From Pocillopora damicornis (Eukaryota): a stretch of 64,000 nucleotides of DNA. Every line of letters begins with the position of its first letter. Positions within the stretch are counted from its first letter, which is position 1. Made by a program: the position numbers and the translations under genes. The DNA lies in NCBI RefSeq assembly GCF_003704095.1, contig NW_020846122.1:310001-374000 (forward strand). Direction: 5' to 3'. Under the pieces are notes generated by a model. It worked only from the letters and a program-made list of their open reading frames with translations, was not told the DNA's origin and did not search any database. Shown here piece after piece: positions 1 to 11,803 of the stretch.

Positions 1-2144
1 TCAAATTCAAGAGACGACGAGGAGTTTATGCTGGAAATGATGAGTGTTGCTTTTAAGAATATTATGAATTTCAATACTAGCTGTCCTTGTGCAGTCACCT
101 GGAGTATGGCAACACCTCTAAAAAACTAACTTAGTTTCTATGCGGGTTTTCAAGCTTGTACGTGATCAATTATTAAAGCATACCAATTTCATTTCGTTCT
201 GTCTACAGGTCTCTGTCGCCAACTATCGATTTAAACGAACTAAACTTAACTTTGGAAGAAACTATTACACTTTATAATTGAAATGATATCTGAGTTACTT
301 CCTCATTTCGCTTGGACCTGGCCGCCCACTGAGAAGTCTAAGAGGCAGATGCGAAAGTTGGGGGAAAGGAGGGAATTTGCATTTAAAGCGACAAAACAGC
401 ATTTCTTCCCATGGCACAGCAAAGCAAATAACTGATACGGATCAGAAACCTCTATTGCAGTATTATTCGCTTTTTGACCTGTATCCATAACAGTTGTATA
501 CATCTCACACCTTTTTTTTTCCTTTGCCGATAAATTTCACGCTCAGTTAGACCATTACCTACCTTGGTGTACTTTTGGTAAAAGGTTCTTCTTAAATGTG
601 TAGGTAACAAGATATTTCATTTATGTTTAGAACTGAAAGTCATAGCTTCAAACGTTTAAGGCCAGGTACTTAATAGCTTTCTTAGTATAAATGAAAGCAC
701 GATTTTTCAAATGAGCGCATGATACTTAAACCCAATCCATTAGAACGTGAAAAAAGATCATAATGAAGAAGTTTTTACCGGAACCACTCATTGTAAGGGG
801 GGACTTAGCAGTATCACACATTACTTTTTAAAAATGCTTTTAAAAGATGGCATTGATCAAATAGAGTCAGTTTGAGAAACCAAACAAAGAAGCAGCCGAA
901 TTCTAAAATAGAAAGTTGACAAAGTGCATTTCGCCAAAAGTAAATAAACCGTCTGTCTTTGAGGGCGCCGAAAGATTAATTTTGATTTGCATACTGATGA
1001 TACTTTTTGTAATAGGTAAGATTGTAAGAATTTGATGAACCTAAAAAAGAGCATTCTTTTGATGGTGGATAAGTTATGATATATTGACAGGAATATACGA
1101 AGAATCAGAGGGAGCTTTGGGAAAAATTGATTCAGTGAATCCATTTTCTGGGATTTGCATTGTGGTTCCCTTGTTCCATATAACTTGCCCACTGCTCCAC
1201 ATGTTGGATTGAATTTGTATTTAATCTTTTTGTTCAGAGAATATTATAAATAACTAGGATTTCAAAATAGTGAAAAAACTCGACGAGAAACGTATATGCT
1301 TCAAAGAGCTCTCAAAATATTTTCTGATGAAAGTGTTTTAGTTGAAATTTGTAATTCTAAATTTTGGGCTTCTTCCTCATACTCAGACGTCATTAATATA
1401 CACTAAAAAATACATCCCGCAGAGCCGTTCTTTTTCATTTCCTTTACTTTTCAAAATTAACATGGATAAAAACATGCTGTAATGGCTGCCATAAGCAGTA
1501 TCGTTTCTAGACCTTTCAAAGGACGTCAAAGTCTTCAGGGACGTACAATTCGTTTAACTTAATTCAGGAGCTAAAAGCTTGCGGGCTTGTTAAATTGTCC
1601 AAGACGCATCTATTGCTGTAAAAAGTGAAGAAATAAGCAGAAACCCGATGCTTTAGGTCTTGCTTCTCGTGCGACGGAAATGATTTTCTTAATGATCAAC
1701 CAGTCAACTGATTCCCGGCCAGTTTTTTTCCGAATTCATTACAGATCTAATTTCTGCGAGGATTTTCAGTCAGGCCCAAAGGCCACCACATCTACCCCTT
1801 GATGTTCTGTAAGGTTTGAGTAACTTTGGCGAAAGCTTTGAAAATCCTGGGTTACGTTTGCATAGTAATTTTGAAGCGTCAAACGTAATAACAGCGTTGT
1901 CTGGCGTAGAGTGAACGACTCGATGTTACAGCCAGTTCAGACAATTTACGTCACCCGTTTACCACTGGATTTGCAAAATTACCTTAAAATGAGTTGAAAC
2001 CTTAGGAAATTAGTTTTGAAACGGATAAGAACATCAAAAGAAGAAAAATGGATCAAAATGTAACATAGAAGAATAATGATAAAGAAGAAGAACAACAGAC
2101 TGAAAACAAAAAATTTCACATGATACATCTGAACGAGGAAAGCT

Positions 2145-2213
2145 AGAGAGACAGACAGATAGACAAACAGACAGACACACAGACGGGCAAATAGATAAAC
2201 AGACAGAGACAGA
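2145..2213. repeat. Imperfect (AGAC)n microsatellite
   Basis: agagacagacagatagacaaacagacagacacacagac... Confidence 0.8.
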
Positions 2214-3253
2214 AATGGGGGAATGGCTGGTCGTATAAGCCCGATTAAAGCGTATAGAAATGACAACGTTTTCAGTTAGGACAAAATGCTCGTAGTAGCG
2301 TTGGGGATGAGCTCGCATCCCTAACAAATTAAATTACCTTGGACCCTATCAGCTCACGTTTATCGCAGCCTTACGGCAAAAGTTAATTGTGAAACTTGCT
2401 TTTTACCATAATGGAAAGAAATTAGCCGTTAGCTACTGAATGGTCAAAATTCAGGACCGTTAGCCGTTAAACCATCGCCCCATTGAGACCGGCCCTAAAA
2501 AAAGGCAAGAACTTCACCGACAATGTATGGAAAAATAAAAAATCAAAACAGCCAATAGTCGAACCCGTTTTGATATGTTTAATAATATCCTAACACAATC
2601 TGTAAAAAATGAAATGTACAAAAATATTTGTAGTCATAAATTACACCACTCCTATCTGTTATTTCTTGGAAAATATATAAATATTCTCATCCTTTACACA
2701 AGTCTTCCGAGAGACTGGAGGAAGTTGAATTTCATTTGCACTTTGCATATTCCTTTCAATGTATCAAAAGTGTAGTATATGTATTTTACACGTATCGTAA
2801 CCATGTGGGTTGTTGTCATGTTATCATACTAAGCCAATTCCATACGATCTTCACTCTTTTAGATTGCAAACAACGTTTTTTTCAATAAATTTGATTAGCT
2901 GCTTAGAGAAGGTTCATTACGTTTCTTTAGGCAGCTGCGGAGGACTAAATAGCCGGCTGTGCCATAAAGCAAAACGCAAATACGAGAGCTTGCTCGCACG
3001 CCAAACAGACCGCGGTATGAGGACGGATGTTATTGATACCTATACACTGCCACGTGACACCAAAGTTCCTCTTTTCAAACGACTTGTGAAATCAACATGG
3101 AAATAATCAACTTAAAATTGCTATCTTCTATAAGAACGCTCTTAAGGACTGTGAACGAGTGAGCGGGTATAAAACAACGTAATGGAAATGTTTGCCATCG
3201 ATAACTAAGTATGCGATTTATAAATGTATTTACAAAGATTATTTTAAAAAAGT

Positions 3254-5802
3254 CTACTCTGACAAGTTGAGATGGCTACTGGCTGTCCATCTACTGATAT
3301 GCTGCGCGAAGACTCTGTCAAGAAGAGAAAAATGAAGGGAGCGAGAGAATTAAAAGATGTTCCCATATCAACACTTACTGATCCCATAGCTACAATTTTT
3401 AAATAAACAGTTGATTCCATGTTGCCGTGCCTCTGCTCCGTAACAGATCACGCCTGATGTCAAAATGTGGTATGAACATAAATATGGCACGCTAAGCGCC
3501 TCATAACTAGGATATCATTTAATTGCAGTTAAAGCTCCCTCACTTATGTCCAGAAATGCACGCAGTCGCGAAAGTGGCAGATTTGACGAAATTTCGTCAA
3601 ACGGAGTGAATGTTCGTGGATTTGACGATTTTGGGGAATTTTTAGTCAAGATCGTCAAAGCGAAATCAGCTCGGCGGAATTGACGGTTTTGACGCATTTT
3701 CACCATTTTCGTTACTGCATGCATTTCTGGATGTAAGTGAGGGGGTTTTAACTGCAATTAACTGATATCCTAGTTCTGAGGCGCGCCTTGTGCGCCACAT
3801 GTTTATTCTCTCTTTTTTTTACTTCATCTGCGATCTATTACAGAACAGAGGCATATGGCAATATGGAATCTATTTATTTAAAAATAATAATCTTAACGTA
3901 CATAAGATATATTGCGATAAATAGACCTAAATGTGTAAGCCAAACACCACTCTCAATTTACTAAACGCCTGCCGAGTTCATTTCTGCTTCACTGAACTAA
4001 AGGTAATAGTATCATTCAGCATCAAAACATAACTTTTAACGTCTACGACATGTCTCTGTGAAACTCACCTTCTTTCCATTTTTTGAAGCCTTTTAAAACG
4101 CTCTTTATCTTCATCAGTGAGATTTCGTCCTGGTGGACTTTCATCCGCAAATCTTACTCGAAGTTTTCTAGCGAGATGCTCCTAAAACAAAGAAAAAGTC
4201 TTGATAATTTAAATTTTGTAAAGGCGTAAAAACTGGAATATGGAATAGTGGTGAATGAGGTTAGACTCTAGATTAGATATGATTGGTTTAAAAGATAAAT
4301 ATCAATAATAATCATAGATTAATTGGTTGAGTAAACCAGTTTTCTAGATACGATTTTTCCCGATGATTACATCCACACTACGACATTTACTGTACTATTA
4401 TCTCAAAACTATTAATTCAAAATTTAAAAGCATTTTTGAGTAAGTAATGGAAATTGCATGAGTTCCAGCTCATTTTATCGGCACGAGTGATCTTTTGAAA
4501 GCTTTGGAACTGGACGAGTGCAATTTGAAAATATTTCAAAACATGGCTTAAAGCACGAAATCACAAGGAGTTCAAGCTGTCATCTATGCATTTTATTAGG
4601 AACAAAATCACTAGCCAAAGGGAATTTGTACGACGTCGCTGCACGTTACTCAACAAAATAGTTTTCAGCGCTTTAGAAAATGCTTCCACGTTAACTTTAT
4701 GACGATAGCTGTAACACACAAATCGAATATGAAGATTTTCAAAGTTTTTTTTTTAAGTAACATTGTTCAGCTTCAGCTTCAATTTCGAAGAAGTGCACTA
4801 CAGAAATCCGATCTTGCCATCCATAATCTATCTATGCATCGACCAATCAAGAACGAGAATTTTTGAGCACAAATCTATGGCTTTTTAAGTTCGTTTAAAG
4901 GTTTCTTACTCAACCAGGGAGATCCGAATTAAATTTCAAAACGTCTTACCGATTGTCTGCGGGTTGTCTCGAAAGTCTGTGACCTCCTCACGTGGTCAGT
5001 CGTAATCTGAGATTTTGGTTGAATCTAAGTGAAAATCAGCAACACTGTGTTATAGTGACTGTCAGCCTCAGTGGTGAATTCTCAACAGAGAGAGAATGCA
5101 AACCCGAAAAAATGAATAATGACTTGGAAAGAAAAATAACTAGGTTTATTGCAGAAGAAAGAGGAACATAGAAACTCAAGCGCCCAAAGGAAAGCAGAAA
5201 GAAGGAAGAAGTGCAAGTATTGTTACCGTCTGTCTGGTGGGTGTCCGTTCGCATTGTACTGGGCCGATAGCCATACTCTGTGACTTCGCATTTTGGCTGT
5301 GATTTGACTGATCTGAAGGCGGTTGTACTGGGCTGATAATTGTAATCTGGGGCTTTTGTTTGATCTGCACAAGAATTTGTGAGAATTTTGTGAGATGTTA
5401 TATCATCTGTTCCACCCCCTCTGGAATCAAATAGTCTGTCCCCTCCCCCTCAACCCCTCAGGAATCAAACAGTAGAAAAAAACGCTTGCTAACCTTGGAA
5501 CTTCGGCAAACTTACCGTGGTCTCCAAGAGTTTTTTCCTTTTCGTCTCCATCTTCTCGCTGTCGTAGAATTCATTAATCAGATGATTCTGCAACATCTGT
5601 AACTTGGGCAGAAGCATTTGTTTGAATCCCTGGTCACCAGGCTCCACCTCAAAATCGAACTCGTCTTGCCATTCAAGATCGCCAGTCGGTGAGTACCCAG
5701 GAGACAGAGCGCGATAAAGGTCACGTGTGGGTGATGGCGGAAACTCTTCTCGCACTTGACTTGTAACCACTCTCTGTCCAAGCAAACCAGTTTTTTCGTT
5801 CA
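3254..5802 (-). CDS. Cytoplasmic tail exons of the GAIN-domain gene (5 exons)
   Basis: Phase-matched hydrophilic exons [10 protein letters not shown]...KKLLETT / IKQKPQIT...TRQT / IQPKSQIT...RRQS / [17 protein letters not shown]...MER / [20 protein letters not shown]. Linkage to the upstream exons crosses a 500-N gap. Confidence 0.72.
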
Positions 5803-8800
5803 CTGAAAGAATTAATAAAAAGAATAAATGGTTAAATCAGAGAGAGTCGGATATGGTTTTAACAGAAACTTCTTCAAAAGAGTGGCAATAATGAAAACTA
5901 CTTTACGTTAAACTACTCAAGAAATCATAAGTCAATATCACTGAGCAGCGTAGTTCATAAAATTAGGGGTATAGATCATCAGGTGCTATTTTTAACAACA
6001 AATTTTAATTCTGAAAATGAATAACATCTAAGACATGAGGGTCTCAATGGGGTGATGGCTTTTACGGCTATCGGTTAAAATTTTGGCCAATTTCCGGCTT
6101 ACGGTTAACACCTTTCCATTGTTCCCACCAGAGATATTTTTACGGTTAACTTTTTTTACGACTAACGGTTAAAATTTGTCCATTTTTACGTCTAACGGCT
6201 AAATATTTTGGCCGTTTTACGGCTAAAGGTTAACCCCATTGGGACCCTCAGACATGTATCCTATGACCAGTCCAGTTTCACGTGCACTTAGATTTAAAAA
6301 CATTGGGAAATCTTGCCTACGAAAGCCGTGATGTTTGGCGAGTGCAAGGTTGGATAAAGCCGCACAACCCTGTTTATGGCCTTGCGAGATGTAAAATCAG
6401 GAGGAAAATATAGAGAAAGGGAAAAGGCAGTGGCCATATGATTAAGTGCTTATTAACCAATCGGGCCGAACCCACGAATATGATAAAGTTTCATAGCGTT
6501 TCGTCATCATAACATTTTCAGCCAAATATTTTCGCGTCCGACCCTCCCTAAATAAGCACTCAGTATGCTACAGAGGAAACTTGTCTCAAAGACATTACAT
6601 TTTACCACGATTATGTACGATCGCGCCATGAGAGGCATTCTTTCACGTGGTATATTTTGAATTACGGTCGCTATTTTTGAAAAANNNNNNNNNNNNNNNN
6701 NNNNNNNNNNNNNNNNNNNNNNNNNNNNNNNNNNNNNNNNNNNNNNNNNNNNNNNNNNNNNNNNNNNNNNNNNNNNNNNNNNNNNNNNNNNNNNNNNNNN
6801 NNNNNNNNNNNNNNNNNNNNNNNNNNNNNNNNNNNNNNNNNNNNNNNNNNNNNNNNNNNNNNNNNNNNNNNNNNNNNNNNNNNNNNNNNNNNNNNNNNNN
6901 NNNNNNNNNNNNNNNNNNNNNNNNNNNNNNNNNNNNNNNNNNNNNNNNNNNNNNNNNNNNNNNNNNNNNNNNNNNNNNNNNNNNNNNNNNNNNNNNNNNN
7001 NNNNNNNNNNNNNNNNNNNNNNNNNNNNNNNNNNNNNNNNNNNNNNNNNNNNNNNNNNNNNNNNNNNNNNNNNNNNNNNNNNNNNNNNNNNNNNNNNNNN
7101 NNNNNNNNNNNNNNNNNNNNNNNNNNNNNNNNNNNNNNNNNNNNNNNNNNNNNNNNNNNNNNNNNNNNNNNNNNNNNNNNNNNNCGGGAGGCCTCGTCAC
7201 ACTACTGGACATTCCTGATTTTCGATTCCTAAGTTTCATTGAGAAGAGGGAGAGAGATAGAGAGACAAGTGTTAACCATATAATTTTAGACAAATTATTC
7301 TCCTAACCCTTTTACCCGTGAGAGTTACTGGGCACTAATTTCTCCCCATAGCGTCACCCTTGATTCAAATGTTAAGGTCATAATTAAAAGGAAAATTATC
7401 ACCAATTCAAAAAGCGACTAATTGTCAAATAAATTGTTCATGTTAATGTCAAGGCAAATGTAAATATAACAGAGTGGGGAATATGAATATTGATGTTGGG
7501 GTGTAGAGGATTAATTAAGACGGAGTATCAAAGGTCAAGGGTTAATGAGGAACCTCACCAGCTAAAGGACATGTACAGGCCACCAATCACTCCCACGATA
7601 AGCACAGGAATACCAATCCACATCAAAGCCATTGTCCTCTCTCTTTTCTGTTCCTTTTGTGAGACCTGAAATTGTTAGAAAGGAAAGTATTGTCTCTCTT
7701 GGCACAGCCTCGACCTCAGATGTCTTAAGCGCAGGAAAACTCAATTATGTACAATCACTGCCACATACACTGTCCAGAATTATAATTACGCAAGGATTAT
7801 ACAACGAAAACGCGACGACAAAAAGTAAACTCACCTCGTCCGATGAGAGATCCATTAAAACGGCAAAGTTTGACAGATGACTACATTGACAAATTGAGTG
7901 GGTGTGGTTATTGTATGCTAGCCAGCAGCCACGTGATGACCACGCCCCGCCTCTGTGGGGACTGGTGAAATAAATATGAGAGACACTTACTTAGATCCAA
8001 AAGAAACTAATTTGTTGCGTTAAAATTGAGGAAAACAGAAATAAACGTGTCTCATTATCAGTGGAAAGACATTCTCCGATGGCAGAGTGTTTTCATGCGC
8101 TGGACTCAGGATCGAGAAAACTGGGCTCGAACCTGGACCATGTTTCCGTTATCTTAGCCTCAGTGCCTCTTTCTATTCAGGGTTATAAATGGGCGCCCAA
8201 AAGTCGTCCGTGATGGACTAGAATCCCAACCACTTTCAAAAACAAATAGAAAAACTCCTCTTCGCCGCCTGCCAATCTAACTCAGATGAGCCCCGCCTCC
8301 GTGGCACGGGCTTCTCAGTGCGCATGACAAAGGCTTTTAACGTTTACAGAAACATAGATGCTAACGAAATGAATGTTTGTCACAAACATACCTCAGTGCG
8401 TAATCCCAAAATACACATTTAGGATTTCCACGCTTTCGCTGTCAAAAAAAACGAGAAAAGAAATGGTTTATAGATTTTACTACTTGAGTTCATACACTTC
8501 TACAGGTTTCAAAATAAAAGGATGGCATTTCAATTTCCAAACTTTTTTAGACCTTCAACTATTATAAGTGACCAAGAAGGAATTTTTCCTTACAATATAA
8601 ACACGATACCAAGCAGGAATGCAATGAGAAAGAGGAAAAATACGAATAAGGGGATTACTAGTTGATCCAATAACAAATTCTCCAAACTAGCATCATACGA
8701 GTTGTGTGGCAGACAGTAACGAGAATTACTTAAGATATCTTGGGGGTTAAAAGGGATAAGATTGCATGAACCTGCCATCTTACCTTGATGTGACTAAGTA

Positions 8801-11769
8801 CTATAGTAACGGGTGGGGTAATCTTCCCTTGGGGGTGGGGGTGCAGTACCGTTGACATCACTTTGGAATTTGGACCAAGACCAGTACTGTGGGAAGACAT
8901 AAGTAACTTGTTAGCTAGAAACTAACATTGCTCGTGAGTTGTGTTGAAAGTCATGAAGTTCATATTGATCAATTTAATGTAAAGTCTTACCTGACGTTGG
9001 AATCGGGAAGCAAGTAAGGCAAACTTTTAAAACTGATTGTAGCAACACTCACATCTTTTGTAGCTGAAACATGAACGTAAATATTTTCTATTTAGTTGTA
9101 ACCTTTTGCACCCTGACATCAATATGTATATTCTCCATAATGTTTTCTATACGTTTCCTAAGGTGCTGACAAGGAGATTTTTTTAACAATCAAGAGCTTC
9201 TTTTGTCGGTGAAAAGTTCCTTTATTTTTCTGACCTTAATGTTTGATTCAGGGGTGTTATGGTAAGGATAAATTAGATGCCAGTCCCTCTCGGGGGTTAA
9301 AGAGTTAAATTTTAAGATGAATCACACACGCATTTTGATTGGTTCTAACTTGTACTCTATAGGGTGACAGACGCATCGATGACGTCATTAGTAAAATTTG
9401 GCTTTTTTATCATAGCAAACAAATAGATTCCATGTTACAAAGTCCAGTGATAACAACAGTGACAGACACGGCTGCACCTCGTGTGTCACATGTTTGCTCT
9501 TAACAAATTTTGACGTCATCTGTGATCTATTACTTAACAGATGGATGGCAACATGGAAACTATTTATTAATGGTACCATAGAAAATAGGCTTAAAGGGAA
9601 CTGATGTATTCCATTCCTTAAACATGGACTTACTTTGGGCAAACACAGAGGACGGAAGGGCAATGACGTCATGTCTCGCATCCCAGCGATTGACTCTTGG
9701 ATTAGCAAAGTCTGGGAAAGTAAGACCATCATCCCCTGCAGACTTTCTGTCCATCTTAATAACTATTAAAAAATGAAACAATTCATTAACTGAAAATGGT
9801 AGAAAGATAAAGAGGTAGAAGTCAGATTTCTAACAGGAGATAAACAAATGGACAGGTGTACTGTAAGTAAGGACGGACGAACTGCTTTATCAAGTTGGCA
9901 TCCATACACAGATGTCATTCGCGTGTGCTGTACGGTATGTTATAGAAAATGTTGGTCATCAGGGATTTGTAGATAAATGAATGTTTAATCGTTTCTTTCA
10001 TGATTTAAGGTCAGGCTCTCAATTGTTTTTACGTGTCCTATTCATATCAAAGGTATGTGGACAAAACTAGAAGTAGAAGATTATGGGTAAGGTGAAAGTT
10101 CGCTTTTACCGCATTCGTACCCGTTATTCTTGAACTCCTGAAATTTAATAGCCTTTGCTTTGTAAATGTAACTGAATTGCTACGGAAAAGAATTTCTAAA
10201 GATGACTTGGTCAGCGTTAGCCCTTCGTCAAACTTCTTGATAAATTCAAATTATATAGATTATACAGCCAGACTGATAGACAGACAGGAATTATCCTCAG
10301 CCGGGAAATCTTTGAGTGGTGGATATCCCATTCCTGTTAACGGTCCATCACGCGGAGGGATTGTGGTTCTTTGCTTCGTGATAAACCGAGAAAAAATGGA
10401 AATTCTGAGAAGCGATCTGGGCCTCTTTAAGTAAACCTGACTCACCGATATTGTTAGTGATGGTAGGTTCCGCCATATCTTCTCGGGAAAGACGTCGTGC
10501 CGCTTGAAGTGCAAACATTTCCATGGCTCGCAGAACATCCGCTGACCCCGGTTTATTCTATAACAATGCAAATATCAGTTCATGATTCACTAGGTAGGCA
10601 ANNNNNNNNNNNNNNNNNNNNNNNNNNNNNNNNNNNNNNNNNNNNNNNNNNNNNNNNNNNNNNNNNNNNNNNNNNNNNNNNNNNNNNNNNNNNNNNNNNN
10701 NNNNNNNNNNNTTTATTACCTTTTGGATATTGAACCATTCCTGCTGATTTGTCATATCCAGGAGATTACTGCTGGCTCTTACAAAATTCTGATCAGAAAT
10801 GTTGATAAATTATTATCAATTATGATTAAAAAAAAAACAGCTTTTAATTGCATTTCTTAATTTGTGAAATCTAAATAAGAATATTAAATAAATAAAGTAA
10901 TGGATAACAAAGATTTGTATCTTTCAGTCTTTTTTCTTTTTCTCTTGTTTGTATTTCTGCGGTTTAAAAAACACCAATGTTAAGTTCAGACTCTTCCTCA
11001 GTCTTTCCTCCAAAGAACTTGGCGAAAACGCATTTTATCAAAGAGTAGTTAAAAAAAGAGATTCTTAGCATACTTTGCACTCCCTAACGTGATATAATTG
11101 ACATAACTTCTCCCCATAGTTTTAACAACCAGGCATTGAATAGGTTTGCTTTATTTCACCGTTATTTATCAAGCTCGGTTTCGACATCTCGTATCATATC
11201 ACTTTCTCAACCACATCAGGTACAAAATTTAAACCGATCACCGCTTATTCTCTCGCGTCTTCCCGCGCCTCAGGCACTTGTCTGTTTCGTGGAATTCTCA
11301 TTGGCTGCTTATGATATATTCCATTGTTTTAATCGGCCATTGGGATCAATAAAGTTTTGATTTAATGACTCGCTATCGAAATGTGTTTCACACTATGCTA
11401 ACAAAATAAACGCAAACAAAGTTGGCGAATAATGTATATACCTCTACATCCTCTTTGGTCATCTCTAAGAATTCAGTTTGTCCGTTATGCTGTACTATAG
11501 CGGCCATAATATCTGTAGCTCGGTTTAGGTCTCCTCCGAATATCAAGGAATTGTCGATGTTCTGGGTTGTCAGCTGTGACAGTTCCCGTATGAGTGGGCT
11601 GGGGTCAGCTCCAGCGGCAAGCTTTCTAGACTGCAAAAATTTCGAAAGGTTTAAATGCGGAGTGGTTGGAATAATCAGTTTTAAACACTAGGTTTATTGA
11701 AAACTTAACGTCGATATGAGCACACCAGATTTAAAGCTGAGTTATAAGTTGGTTTTAGTAGGGAAAGCC

Positions 11770-11803
<34 letters not shown>

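Noticed and set aside
1-129. Open frame at the window start (SNSRDDEEFMLEMM...)
   Set aside because: Too short and unrecognisable to call as the end of a gene.
6643-7306. ORFs running through N gaps (also 10497-10755 and 27352-27646)
   Set aside because: Artefacts of X translation; only the short spliced exons 7228-7185 and 10788-10720 are supported.
7559-11630. Polycystin-1 (PKD1-like) interpretation of the GPS protein
   Set aside because: No REJ or PLAT domain is visible; the HRM plus latrophilin/BAI-type GAIN indicates adhesion-GPCR ancestry.
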